Of a stretch of DNA of 22,058 bases, positions 8,972 through 18,734 are shown piece after piece. Position numbers and translations under genes: made by a program. This DNA is from Chthoniobacteraceae bacterium. GTDB taxonomy: Bacteria; Verrucomicrobiota; Verrucomicrobiia; Chthoniobacterales; Chthoniobacteraceae. The DNA is taken from NCBI GenBank assembly GCA_031409655.1, contig JANNXQ010000148.1, positions 1 through 22,058 of the forward strand, given 5' to 3'. Numbering within the stretch: position 1 is the stretch's first letter; every line of letters begins with the position of its first letter. A model generated the notes under the pieces. The model did not search any database, had not been told where the DNA came from, and saw nothing but the letters and a program-made list of their open reading frames with translations.

Positions 8972-11900
8972 ATGCCATCCCGAAAACTCTTCGTCAGTCT
9001 GATGGTTCTTGCGCTTACAGCGCAGGGACAAGCTCCTGCCGACAAAGTGATCGAGCGGTACAAGCAGATCCTGGAGAAAACGCCGACTGAGGGCACGGCG
9101 CTGGATCGGCTGTGGAAGAGCTACCTCGACCTGGGCAAGACCGACGACCTCGTCGGACAGTACCAGAGTGGCGGGACCTTTCCCTCCGAGATGGTGCTCG
9201 GGCATCTGCAGCGCCGGGCGGGGAATTTTGAAGAAGCGGCCGCCGCCTACGAACGGGCCGCGGCGCTCGATCCCACGAGTCCCCTCCCCCTTTTCTCGCT
9301 CGCCAAGCTGCACACCGACGCGGGCCGTCCGCGCTTTGCCGCACCCGTGCTGGAAAAGGCGCTCGCGCTGCTCGCGGAAAATGATCCGCGACGCATCGAG
9401 ACACTGCTCCAGCTCGGTGTTGCGTGGCTCGGCGGAGGCGATCTCACGAAGGCCGCGGAAGCCTGGGAAGGCGCGGTGACGCTGAATCCCGGCGACCTCG
9501 ATCTGCGTCGGCGGCTGGCGGAAAATTACGCGAAGAACCATCTCGCGGAGCGGGCCATCCCGCACCTCGAATACGTCGCCCAGAATGCGCCACCTGCCGA
9601 GCGCGCGCTCGCCTTGCAGCAACTCGCGCGCGTCCACCAGGGCGCCGGCAATCAGGACGGTGCCATCCGCGCTCTCGAAGACGCGCTCGCCCTCACCACT
9701 CCGGACAATTGGCTGCGCGTGGAACTCCAGTCGCAGCTCATCCGCCTGCATCAGCGCTACCACCGCACGGCGGAACTCGAGACGCGCTGGAAGGCTTTCG
9801 CCGAGGCGAATCCGCGCGACGCCGGTGCTTACCTCCAGCTCATCGATCTCTACGAACGGCTCGGCAATCTCGAGGACCAGCGGAGCTGGTTGCAAAAGCT
9901 CGTGGCGCTCCTGCCGCGCGACCCCACGCATCGGCTGAAGCTCGCGCGGCTGTCGGTGCAGATCGATCAATTTGGCGCCGCCACCGCGCTCTACGATCAG
10001 CTCCTCGCGGAGCAGCCGACGAATGCCGACTTCGTCTTCGAGCGCGCGCGCATCGACATCCAGAACGATGCCCACTCCGTCGCCCGCGACCGCATCGCCG
10101 CGCTGCTCGTGGCGAAAGGGAACGACGACGCGATCCGCGCGCGGGCGCTGGAATTCTACGAACAGCATCGCTTGCTCGATCTCGTGGAGAAACATCTCAC
10201 CGAAGATGCGGCGGCGGGCGCTGAGGAAGCGGTCACCAAGCTCGCCAATTTCTACTTCACGCAACGTCGGGACGCCGACGCCCTGCGCACTCTCGGCCGG
10301 CTCGCGCGCGCCGATGCGCCGGCCCCGGAGCAAGCCGCCGCGCAGCTCCGCATCGCCCGCATTCTCCGCACCGAAAATGATCTCCCGGGCGCCGTGGCCG
10401 CTGCCGAGAAGGCCACGCAGTTGCAGCCAGAAGCGCGCGAGGGCCAACTGCTGCTCGGCGAGTTACTCGCCACGCGCGGGGAGCTGCCGACGGCCCAGGC
10501 CGCCTACGAGCAGGCCCTGGCGTTGAGCCGCACGCCCGCCGAGGAACTCGAGGCCGATCAGAAACTTTTTGAAGCGCTGCGCCAGCAAGCGCCGAAGCCC
10601 GAACCCGCCGCTCCGGGCACCCTCGCCCTGCCCATCCCTGTCCTCGATCCCGGGACCGCGCCGGCGCTCGCGCTCCAGCAGTATCTCGCGAAGCTCCAGG
10701 GTCGCGCGACCACGGACGCCACCGAAGCCGCCTGGCTCCGGCTGGCGCGCTGGCAGGGCTGGGCGGGCGATGAAAAGCCCGCGCTCCGCTCCGCGCAAAA
10801 GGCGCTCGAAATCAATCCGCAATCCATCGCCGCGCACGAGTTCATGGTGCGGCAAAACATCGCGGAAGGGATGCTGCCCGCCGCGGTGGCGAGTCTGCAA
10901 CATCTCGCGGATATCGATCCCGGAAACCGCGCCGCTTACCAGCGCCGCGCCGGGCAACTCGAACTCCAGGCCGGCCGGGTCGCCGAGGCGCTCGCGATCT
11001 TCATCGAGCTCGGCCAGGCGAATCCCGGCAGCATCGAAGCCAATACCGATCTCGCCCTCGCTCACCAGCGCGCGGATCGCTGGACGGATGCGCTGGAAGC
11101 CTGGCGCCGCGTCTATGCGCTCAGCCCGGTCTCGAAGAAAAAGGAGTCCTTCGGCCCGCTCCTGCGCGCGCTCGAGCGGCTCGAGTTGTACAGTCAGGCA
11201 GCGGACCTCATGCACACGGCCACCGAGACGGAACCAGACGAGCGCGCGCAATTCGCGCAATTCGCCGACCTCCTCGCCTACTGTACGAAACACGATCTTC
11301 TTCCCTGGCTGCGCGCGACTTTCGAGCGTCGTCGCCAAGCCCGCGCCGACGATTATTTTACCGAGATGGCGCTCGGCCGCATCCTCAAGGCCACGGGCAA
11401 CAAAGCGGCCGCCTTTGAGGTGCTCGCGGACGCCAGCTACGCGGCGCCGAATCAAGCGGAGTCCCTGCCCGAACTCGTGCGCGAGGCGGAGGAATTGCGG
11501 CGGCTGGACAAGGCGGCTGAACTGCAGGCGCAGCTCCTCCGGATCGCGCCCCAGGATCGACCGGAGGGCTTCGAGAAGCTCGCGCAGTTGCAGGAGAAAA
11601 ACTTCGACATCGAGGAAGCGGCGAAGACCTGGGATCGCATCGTCACGAAATTTCCCCGCAACGCCGACGCCCTCCAGCGCGCCATCGATTTTCAGATGAA
11701 GTGGGGCAGTCCGCCGCGCGCCACCGAGCTGCTGCGGAGGTTGCGCGCGCTTGATCCCGTGAATCTCCGCGCGCTGGCCACGCTCGCCGAACTCGATACG
11801 GAGGCCGGCCAGACCGCAGAGGCGGAAGCTTGTCTGGAGGCGCTGCTCCGGCTCGCGCCCGCGGAGAAAGAGGGCGATCCGATCCGCATCCCGGACCTGA

Positions 11901-14900
11901 AGGCGGAGGATGCGGCGCAGTTGCAGCTCGTCTATCGGAGCGTCATCCGGCAACGCCAGGCGCACTCCAGCAGCGAAGCAATCACGGCGCTGCGCAGCTT
12001 CTGGGGCGAGGATCCCGCGAGCGGAAAGAGCGACCACGATTTCCGGCTGCACGCCATCCGCCAGCTCGCCCGCAATCTCGCGGCACGCGGCGATCGCGCG
12101 GCGCTCGCGGCGTGGATCGCCCGCTGGAGCGACGGGAAAAGCCCGCCGAACGAAACGCTCTGGGCGCTCTATTACGCCGGTGCCACGAGCGAGGCGCTGG
12201 ACCAGATCGAGGCCTTGATGGGGCGGGCCGCCGATGCGGTGCAGCTCAAGCAGGCCTTCGTCTGGATCGCCCTCCAGACTCGCCAATACCCACGACTGAA
12301 CACCTGGATGAACTCCAGGGAGCGCACCGCCACGGAGCGCGACTACCTGCTCGTCGCCCTCCGCCAGCACCTGCAAGCGCAAGGCCGGACGGTCGAGCCC
12401 GAACTCGTCGCCCAGCTTTTCCCGGAGACCTCGCGCTCGCGGCTCTGGCAGGCGGCGAAAATCTTCGAGGCCCGCTCCCGCTTGCGCGAAGCCGCGCAGC
12501 TTGGCCAGCAGGTCTTCGCTGCCGTCTCTTCGCAGCGCGCTGGCTACGGCGTGGAACTCGCCGGCTGGTATCTTCGCCTCGGCGACATCGAGAAAGCGCG
12601 CACCGTCCTGCGGGCCTCGACCGAGGCCGCCGCGGAGTCCTTCGACGCGCCGGTTTACACCGCGCTGCGCGCCTATTGGCTGCTGCTCCCGCCGGGCGAA
12701 CGCGCGGAATTTTCCGAGACCTATCTCGCGAAGATCGAACCCGCGATCCATCCGCTGCACCACGCCATCGCCAGCACCCTGCTCCATGGTCTCGCGGGCA
12801 ATGAGCCCGCTGCCCGCGCGGATCTGGAGCGGCTCGCCGCGCTCGGCGCCATGACGCACGTGACCCTCGACGACGGCGGCTCCTCCGGCGGGCGGCGCTG
12901 GACCTTCCTCCTCAGCGCCGGGATGCGCCTCATTTCCTGGAAGCTCGAGCCGCTCGCGATGCAGCTCTGGGATCGCGCGCTGGCCGATCACGCGCTCATC
13001 GAACTCGAGGGCGAGATGGCCGTCGAGACCTCGCGGGAAATCCGCCGGCGCCTTTTCGCCATGCGCATCGCCAGCGCGCGGACGACGGAGGAAGCCCTCG
13101 AGATCATCGACGCCTACGACCGCACCGCGTCGAAGGACGGCATGATCCAGCTCGGCGAAGCGCTCGACAATTCCGGCGCGCATCAGCGGGCCGTCATCGC
13201 CTACCGCCGCATCTGGGAGCAGGACCCCGCGAATGCGCAGACGCTGCGGAGTCTGATCGCCGCCTGCCGCGCGGCGCAGGATCTGGAGACTGCCGAAGCC
13301 GCGCTGAGTCGCGTGGTCGAAGGCGGATTGCTCAAAGGCAACGAAGTCGCGCAGCACGAAAATCTCCTGCAACTCGCGGACCTGCTCGAGACCGGGGGCC
13401 GCGTCGAGCGCGCGCGCACGCTGCTCCGGCAGGCCATCGAAACCTCGCCGCGCGACTCGCGACTCGCGCTCCGTTTCGGGCAGCTCGCCGAGCGCGGTGG
13501 CGAGGAAGCCGAAGCCCTCGCGACCTACCAGCGCGTGCTCACCGCAGAACCGCGGAACTTTGCCGCGCAAGTCGCGCTCTCCTCCTTGCTCGAGAAGAAG
13601 GGCGATCTTCCTGGCGCTTTGAAAGTCCTGCAAAAAGGAACCTCCAGCGAGTCCGAGTCCCGCGTGGCCCTGCTCCGGGTGAAGAATGGTGAAATCGACG
13701 AAGCGCTCGCGTCCCTCGACCGCATCGCCCCGCCGCAGAACGTCGGCCCCGCGATGAATGTCGCGACGGAGCTGGCCAGGAAAGGCGAACCGAAACTCGC
13801 GCGCGCCGTGCTCCAATCGGCGCTGGATCGCAACGCTGATGCCCGGATGCGTTTCCCGTTGCAATCGAAGGTCGTCGAATTGCTCAACCCCGAAGCCGGC
13901 GCGCCGATGATCGAGCGTGAACTGCGCCGCCTCCGCCAGCTCGCGACCGAGCAGCCCGACCTCTTTGGCAGCTACTTTGAGCTGGCCCAAAAAGAGAGCG
14001 CACGCCTCGGTGCCACCGCCTATTTCCAGGCCGAGCTGGCCGCCCTGTGGGCTGAGGGCAAGGGCTCCGGCGCCGCCGGGCTCAAGACCCTGAGCACGCA
14101 GCTCGAAGCGCAGAACGATGCCGCGGCGAAGGTCACGCTCGACCGTCTGCTGGCTCGCGACGATCTCGGTGAAGTGTGGCTCGGGCGCACCGTCGATCTG
14201 CTCCGGACGGCCAAGCGCTTTGACCTTGCCGCGCTCGCCCATGCAGAGCTGGTGAAGGTGAACCCCGGCGACGAAACCCACGTGCTCGCCTGGGCGCACG
14301 ATCTCCAGGAAGCCGGCCGCAGCGCGGAGGCACGCGCCGTCCTCGGGCGCATCGAAGCGCTCGCCGTGCTCAACGACGAACTCGCCGGCCGCCTCGCCAC
14401 TGCCTACTCGGCCACGGGCGATGCGCCGCGCGCCCGGCTCTTTTTCCTGCAAGCCCTGCGCGCCGATCCACTGGCCAAAAACTTCAGCGCGCACCTAGCC
14501 TACGCGCAGTTGCAGAGCGCGGCGCAGGATTTTGACGGGGCGAAGCGGACCTTGCGCGCGGCCTTCGGCAATCCGGCGAATGCGGAATTCGGCGCGATCG
14601 TGAACTGGCTCACGGCCTCGGGCCGCATCGCGCAATTTGCCGCGGAGCTTCCGGACTTCCGGCTCTCGCCACCGCGCCAGGCCCAGCTCTGTCGCGCCGT
14701 CTTCACGCACTTTGAAAAAGCGGGCGACCTCGCGCAGATGCTCGGCCTCCTGGAGATCCAGCCCCGCTGCTACGAAGCCGGCATGGCCGCAAGAGTGCGG
14801 GCGCTTGCGCAGACTACCGGGAACTTTGCGGCCGCGACCGCGACGTTGGAAAAGCTGACCACCGCCACGCCGGAGGCTTCCGATATCTCCGTGGAACTCG

Positions 14901-15163
14901 CGCGGCTCCTCGCGGCCTGGGCGGAGGCCGATATCGAGGCCAGCAGCCTCAGCACCGCGCTCACTCACTTGCGCCGTGCGCACACGCTTCAGCCAGCCCT
15001 GCCAGAGATCGCCTTTCGCCTGGCCACCGTCCTCTCGGAACGCAATGACCGCGCCGCTGCGGTGGCGACGCTGGAAACTTTTCTCGCCGCCTCGAAGGAC
15101 TCCGAGCAAAGCGCGAAGGCCCGCACCTTGGTGGAAAATCTGAAGAGCGGCTCCCGCCAGTGA
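8972..15163 (+). CDS. Giant (2063 aa) exported tetratricopeptide-repeat protein
   Basis: N-terminal signal peptide and many TPR signatures throughout (AAAAYERAAALDP, AWEGAVTLNP, AEKATQLQP, AQKALEINP, YQRVLTAEP, FLQALRADP). No catalytic motif recognised. Confidence 0.88.
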   Translation: MPSRKLFVSLMVLALTAQGQAPADKVIERYKQILEKTPTEGTALDRLWKSYLDLGKTDDLVGQYQSGGTFPSEMVLGHLQRRAGNFEEAAAAYERAAALDPTSPLPLFSLAKLHTDAGRPRFAAPVLEKALALLAENDPRRIETLLQLGVAWLGGGDLTKAAEAWEGAVTLNPGDLDLRRRLAENYAKNHLAERAIPHLEYVAQNAPPAERALALQQLARVHQGAGNQDGAIRALEDALALTTPDNWLRVELQSQLIRLHQRYHRTAELETRWKAFAEANPRDAGAYLQLIDLYERLGNLEDQRSWLQKLVALLPRDPTHRLKLARLSVQIDQFGAATALYDQLLAEQPTNADFVFERARIDIQNDAHSVARDRIAALLVAKGNDDAIRARALEFYEQHRLLDLVEKHLTEDAAAGAEEAVTKLANFYFTQRRDADALRTLGRLARADAPAPEQAAAQLRIARILRTENDLPGAVAAAEKATQLQPEAREGQLLLGELLATRGELPTAQAAYEQALALSRTPAEELEADQKLFEALRQQAPKPEPAAPGTLALPIPVLDPGTAPALALQQYLAKLQGRATTDATEAAWLRLARWQGWAGDEKPALRSAQKALEINPQSIAAHEFMVRQNIAEGMLPAAVASLQHLADIDPGNRAAYQRRAGQLELQAGRVAEALAIFIELGQANPGSIEANTDLALAHQRADRWTDALEAWRRVYALSPVSKKKESFGPLLRALERLELYSQAADLMHTATETEPDERAQFAQFADLLAYCTKHDLLPWLRATFERRRQARADDYFTEMALGRILKATGNKAAAFEVLADASYAAPNQAESLPELVREAEELRRLDKAAELQAQLLRIAPQDRPEGFEKLAQLQEKNFDIEEAAKTWDRIVTKFPRNADALQRAIDFQMKWGSPPRATELLRRLRALDPVNLRALATLAELDTEAGQTAEAEACLEALLRLAPAEKEGDPIRIPDLKAEDAAQLQLVYRSVIRQRQAHSSSEAITALRSFWGEDPASGKSDHDFRLHAIRQLARNLAARGDRAALAAWIARWSDGKSPPNETLWALYYAGATSEALDQIEALMGRAADAVQLKQAFVWIALQTRQYPRLNTWMNSRERTATERDYLLVALRQHLQAQGRTVEPELVAQLFPETSRSRLWQAAKIFEARSRLREAAQLGQQVFAAVSSQRAGYGVELAGWYLRLGDIEKARTVLRASTEAAAESFDAPVYTALRAYWLLLPPGERAEFSETYLAKIEPAIHPLHHAIASTLLHGLAGNEPAARADLERLAALGAMTHVTLDDGGSSGGRRWTFLLSAGMRLISWKLEPLAMQLWDRALADHALIELEGEMAVETSREIRRRLFAMRIASARTTEEALEIIDAYDRTASKDGMIQLGEALDNSGAHQRAVIAYRRIWEQDPANAQTLRSLIAACRAAQDLETAEAALSRVVEGGLLKGNEVAQHENLLQLADLLETGGRVERARTLLRQAIETSPRDSRLALRFGQLAERGGEEAEALATYQRVLTAEPRNFAAQVALSSLLEKKGDLPGALKVLQKGTSSESESRVALLRVKNGEIDEALASLDRIAPPQNVGPAMNVATELARKGEPKLARAVLQSALDRNADARMRFPLQSKVVELLNPEAGAPMIERELRRLRQLATEQPDLFGSYFELAQKESARLGATAYFQAELAALWAEGKGSGAAGLKTLSTQLEAQNDAAAKVTLDRLLARDDLGEVWLGRTVDLLRTAKRFDLAALAHAELVKVNPGDETHVLAWAHDLQEAGRSAEARAVLGRIEALAVLNDELAGRLATAYSATGDAPRARLFFLQALRADPLAKNFSAHLAYAQLQSAAQDFDGAKRTLRAAFGNPANAEFGAIVNWLTASGRIAQFAAELPDFRLSPPRQAQLCRAVFTHFEKAGDLAQMLGLLEIQPRCYEAGMAARVRALAQTTGNFAAATATLEKLTTATPEASDISVELARLLAAWAEADIEASSLSTALTHLRRAHTLQPALPEIAFRLATVLSERNDRAAAVATLETFLAASKDSEQSAKARTLVENLKSGSRQ

Positions 15164-15222
15164 CCCGGCGGCGCGGCGCGATCCTCTCTTTACTCGCCAG
15201 CCCTCGCGTGGAACTCTCCGCC

Positions 15223-15846
15223 GTGCGTTTCCTCCTGCCGCTCCTGCTTTCTGCGCTCGTCTGCGCAGGTTGCTCCAGTGCGGAAAAGAAAGCCGCGCGC
15301 GCCGCGGAAAAGGAGCGGATCGACAACTCCCGAGCCGTCGAGCAGCGCCGGATGCGCGCCATCGATGGCACCGAGATCGTGTCCGAGCGCGCGGCGGAAA
15401 TCTACGTCGCGGACCCGCACAAAACATTCGATCCGCAGAAGACGCCGGGCTTCGGCGGGCGGAGCTTCAACACCACGGGCTCGCGGGTGAAGGAATACAA
15501 CTACGCGCAGCGCTTCGGCGCGCAGGATTTCCGCACGAAGGAATATAGTGGGAGCAAGGGCGCGTGGGCGGGTGACCTGAAATTTGAAACCGCCGCTGCG
15601 CAGACGAAAGGCGAATACGCGACCAAACCCGCCACCATGAAAAGCGCCCCGACCAAAGACGCCCGCGAAGCCTCGAAGACCATGGCCACGCGCACCGTGC
15701 CCGGTTCCGACCGCGCTTACCTCGGCCCCGAAGCCGCGAAGATGAAACAGCCGCTCGACCAGATGAACCTTCCGAAAACGAGCAACGATCTGCGCGAGAT
15801 CAAGACCATCGAAGACATCCGCGAGTTGCTGAACAAGAACAAGTAG
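15223..15846 (+). CDS. Hypothetical lipoprotein (start could be 15160, 15208 or 15223)
   Basis: MRFLLPLLLSALVCAG-C lipobox-type signal followed by a hydrophilic Lys/Thr/Ala-rich body. Confidence 0.7.
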   Translation: MRFLLPLLLSALVCAGCSSAEKKAARAAEKERIDNSRAVEQRRMRAIDGTEIVSERAAEIYVADPHKTFDPQKTPGFGGRSFNTTGSRVKEYNYAQRFGAQDFRTKEYSGSKGAWAGDLKFETAAAQTKGEYATKPATMKSAPTKDAREASKTMATRTVPGSDRAYLGPEAAKMKQPLDQMNLPKTSNDLREIKTIEDIRELLNKNK

Positions 15847-15918
15847 CCACAGGATCGCCACCGCTTTTCCCCTCGCTTCGCACCGGGCCGTCCCTTTATC
15901 CACAAGGACTAGAGACGC

Positions 15919-17091
15919 ATGCAATCTCCCGAAGCTCAGCTCGAAATCCTAAAACGCGGCGCAGACCGGATCATCTCCGAAGCTGAACTCCTCGCGAAAC
16001 TCCAGCTCGGTCGCCCGCTCAATGTGAAGCTGGGCGTCGATCCCACGGCCCCGGACATCCATCTCGGTTTCACCGTCGGGCTCACGAAGCTGCGGCAGTT
16101 TCAGGACCTCGGGCACCAGGCCATCCTGATCATCGGTGACTTCACGGCGATGATCGGCGATCCCTCCGGGCGCTCAAAGACGCGACCGCAGCTCACCCAC
16201 GATAAGGTGATGTCGAATGCGAAGACCTTTCAACAGCAGGCCTTCAAAATCCTCGATCCGGCGCGCACGCAAACGGTCTTCAATGGGCAGTGGTTTGAAA
16301 TGATGACTTTCGCGCAGGTCATGCAACTCAACAGCCGGGTGACGCTCCAGCAGATGCTGCAGCGCGAGGATTTCAAAAATCGCGTGGATAATGCGGAGGC
16401 CGTTCACCTTCACGAGCTGCAGTATCCGATCATGCAGGGCTGGGACTCCGTGGTGGTGAAAGCGGATGTGGAACTCGGCGGCACGGATCAACTTTTCAAT
16501 ATCCTCGTCGGTCGCGACCTGCAGCGCGAGCAAGGCCAGCCGCAGCAAGTGGTCTTCCTGCTCCCGCTGCTCGAGGGGCTCAATGGCGGACAGAAGATGT
16601 CGAAGAGCCTGAACAACTACGTGGGCGTGAATGAGGCGCCGGGGGAGATGTTTGGGAAACTGATGAGTATCAGCGATGAACTGATGGCGCGGTACTATCC
16701 GCTGCTGCTCGGGGAGGAGCAGCCGGCGATTCACCCGATGGATGCGAAGAAGCAATTGGCGCGGCGCATCGTGGAGCGTTACCACTCGGCGGAAGCGGGG
16801 CAGGCGGCGCTGGATGAGTTCAATACGAAGTTCAGCAAGCGCGATGTGGAGCATGCGGAATGGCCGGCGGTGAGCTTCGCGGGCGTGGGCGGGGACATCG
16901 TTTCGCTGGCCGTCGCAGGATTTGCGCAGGGCTACCAGATCGCGCGTTCGCGCGGGGACGCGCGACGGCTCGTGGAGCAAGGCAGCGTGCAGCTCCACGG
17001 GGAAAAGATCACCGACCCGAAAGCGACGCCCGCGCTCACACCGGGCGATGTGCTGCGGCTCGATAAGACCCGCGCGGTGCGGGTGGCGTAG
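15919..17091 (+). CDS. tyrS: Tyrosine--tRNA ligase (type 2, C-terminal S4 domain)
   Basis: KLGVDPTAPDIHLGF, IGDFTAMIGDPSGR, YPIMQGWDSV, ELGGTDQLFN, KMSKS and the S4-like SRGDARRLVEQGSV. Confidence 0.97.
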   Translation: MQSPEAQLEILKRGADRIISEAELLAKLQLGRPLNVKLGVDPTAPDIHLGFTVGLTKLRQFQDLGHQAILIIGDFTAMIGDPSGRSKTRPQLTHDKVMSNAKTFQQQAFKILDPARTQTVFNGQWFEMMTFAQVMQLNSRVTLQQMLQREDFKNRVDNAEAVHLHELQYPIMQGWDSVVVKADVELGGTDQLFNILVGRDLQREQGQPQQVVFLLPLLEGLNGGQKMSKSLNNYVGVNEAPGEMFGKLMSISDELMARYYPLLLGEEQPAIHPMDAKKQLARRIVERYHSAEAGQAALDEFNTKFSKRDVEHAEWPAVSFAGVGGDIVSLAVAGFAQGYQIARSRGDARRLVEQGSVQLHGEKITDPKATPALTPGDVLRLDKTRAVRVA

Positions 17092-17263
17092 GCTCCGGGG
17101 AGCATACGCGTCTCGCGTGTGAGTCGCGGCGTCCCTCCGCGGCGAACTTTCAGCGTCGCTTGGAAACCGAACGCGCCCTGGATTCACGACGATCAACGAA
17201 GTCCGTTTCGGCGGGACGCCGAAACCAACACGCGGGACGCGTATGCTCCCCGGAGACTACGCC
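17085..17263. repeat. REPIN-like inverted repeat element between convergent tyrS and tfoX; possible bidirectional terminator
   Basis: Left arm GGCGTAGGCTCCGGGGAGCATACGCGTCTCGCGTGT versus right-arm reverse complement GGCGTAGTCTCCGGGGAGCATACGCGTCCCGCGTGT. Weaker similarity extends to about 60 bp, and each arm holds two hairpins. Confidence 0.85.
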
Positions 17264-17613
17264 CGCTTCCGCTTCGGCTTCTTCTTCGCGGCACGAGTGG
17301 CCGCCTCGACGCCTCTACGCGCCCATTCGCAAAGCACCTCGCGATCGTCCAACGCCGCGCTGGGAGGTTGAAAGTAGGACATCACACTCACCTTTCCACT
17401 GGCCTCGTAGCGGAAAGGCTCAAGGCCGCGCGATTCGAAGTCCGCGCGATTTTCATCATCAGCCTTGATGAAAAAAGTCTCGAAGGCGACGAGGGCAAAC
17501 ATGCGACCTCCAACGTAAAAACCCCACCCGCCAAACATCGCCCTCGCCTGCACCTCGCCGAGCGGCGCGAGGCACTCGACCAAGTAATCGACGAACCCAT
17601 TGCGCGGCGGCAT
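17257..17613 (-). CDS. TfoX/Sxy N-terminal domain family protein
   Basis: FVDYLVECLAPLGEVQARAMFGGWGFY..GRMFALV...FFIKADD...F...GLEPFRY...MSYF...W, the typical stand-alone TfoX_N pattern. ATG at 17613. Confidence 0.88.
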   Translation of the reverse strand: MPPRNGFVDYLVECLAPLGEVQARAMFGGWGFYVGGRMFALVAFETFFIKADDENRADFESRGLEPFRYEASGKVSVMSYFQPPSAALDDREVLCEWARRGVEAATRAAKKKPKRKRA

Positions 17614-17624
17614 CGAGCGTTTTC

Positions 17625-18698
17625 CTAGGACATCGTCTTCGGATACGTCCCGAGGACTTTTACGAGGGTGCAGTGCTTGGTGAGTGCCTCGATGGCTTCG
17701 ACGACCTTGGGCTCGCTGGCGTGGCCGTCGATATCGACGAAGAAGAAATACTCCCACGCCTTCCGCTTCGAAGGACGGCTCTCGATTTTGCTCATGTTGA
17801 TCTTCAGCGCCTTGAAGGGCTCGATCGCGGCGAAGAGTGCGCCGGATTTATCCTGCAGGCTGAACATCAGCGAGGTGCGGTCGTCGCCCGTCGGTTGCGA
17901 ACTGTTGTGGCCGACGACGAGGAAGCGCGTGGTGTTATTCGGATTGTCCTGCACCGAGGGCTCGATGATCGCGAGCCCGTGAAACTCCGCGGCCATCGCG
18001 CCGACGAGCGCGGCGGCGTGCGGCTCCTTGGCAGCCAGTTCGGCAGCGCGCGGCGTGCTCCCCACTTCGATGAGCTCGGCTTCGGGGAGATGGTGCCGGA
18101 GCCAGTTGCGGCATTGGCCGAAGACCTGCGGGTGGGAGTAGATCTTGCGGATGTCCTTCTTGGCGATCTTCGCGGCGAGATGGTTTTCGATCTTCATGAG
18201 GATCTGCGCGCAAATGCGCAGGTCGCTCTCGCTGAAGACATCGAGCGTGTGACTCACGGCGCCTTCGGTGGAATTTTCGATCGGCACCACGCCGTAGTCG
18301 GCATGGCCGCGCGCCACGGCGTCGAAGACATCGGCTATCGTGAGGCAGGCCGTGTAATCGACGCTCGCGCCGAAACGGCCGCGCGCGGCTTGATGCGTAT
18401 TCGTCGCCTGCGGTCCGAAGTAAGCGATGACGAGCCCTTTCTCCAGCGCCAGCGAGGCGCTCATGATCTCGCGGTAAATGGCGCGGATGGCCTTCTCCGG
18501 GAGTCGGCTCTTCAGCTCTCGGGCCTTTTCCGCGAGACCGCGCAGGACCTGCTCTTCGCGCTCCGGCACATAGATCGCGGCGCCCTCGGACTTTTTGATG
18601 ACACCCACTTCATGCACGAGATCGGCGCGCTCGTTGAGCTGTTGGATGATCAGGCCATCGATCGCGTCGATCTTTTTGCGGAGGTCGGAAAGTTTCAC
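17625..18698 (-). CDS. pheA: Bifunctional chorismate mutase / prephenate dehydratase (P-protein)
   Basis: AroQ domain LRKKIDAID..IIQQLNERA, PDT motifs GVVPIENSTEGAV, SHPQVFGQC and NTTRF, and ACT domain KIESRPS...WEYFFFVD. Confidence 0.96.
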   Translation of the reverse strand: MKLSDLRKKIDAIDGLIIQQLNERADLVHEVGVIKKSEGAAIYVPEREEQVLRGLAEKARELKSRLPEKAIRAIYREIMSASLALEKGLVIAYFGPQATNTHQAARGRFGASVDYTACLTIADVFDAVARGHADYGVVPIENSTEGAVSHTLDVFSESDLRICAQILMKIENHLAAKIAKKDIRKIYSHPQVFGQCRNWLRHHLPEAELIEVGSTPRAAELAAKEPHAAALVGAMAAEFHGLAIIEPSVQDNPNNTTRFLVVGHNSSQPTGDDRTSLMFSLQDKSGALFAAIEPFKALKINMSKIESRPSKRKAWEYFFFVDIDGHASEPKVVEAIEALTKHCTLVKVLGTYPKTMS

Positions 18699-18703
18699 AG
18701 GAA

Positions 18704-18734
18704 TTTCAGAGCGTAGATTTCAGAGTTCAGATTT
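18704..18734. repeat. Short heptamer tandem array (TTTCAGA-like, about 4 units) overlapping the scpB stop
   Basis: TTTCAGA GCGTAGA TTTCAGA GTTCAGA TTT. Confidence 0.6.

Noticed and set aside
8969..14494. Minus-strand ORFs of 492 and 1343 aa
   Set aside because: They are codon-register mirrors of the TPR gene with no recognisable domains.
17257..17613. TfoX as evidence of a competence regulon
   Set aside because: It is a stand-alone TfoX_N protein, a widespread form, and there are no competence genes nearby.
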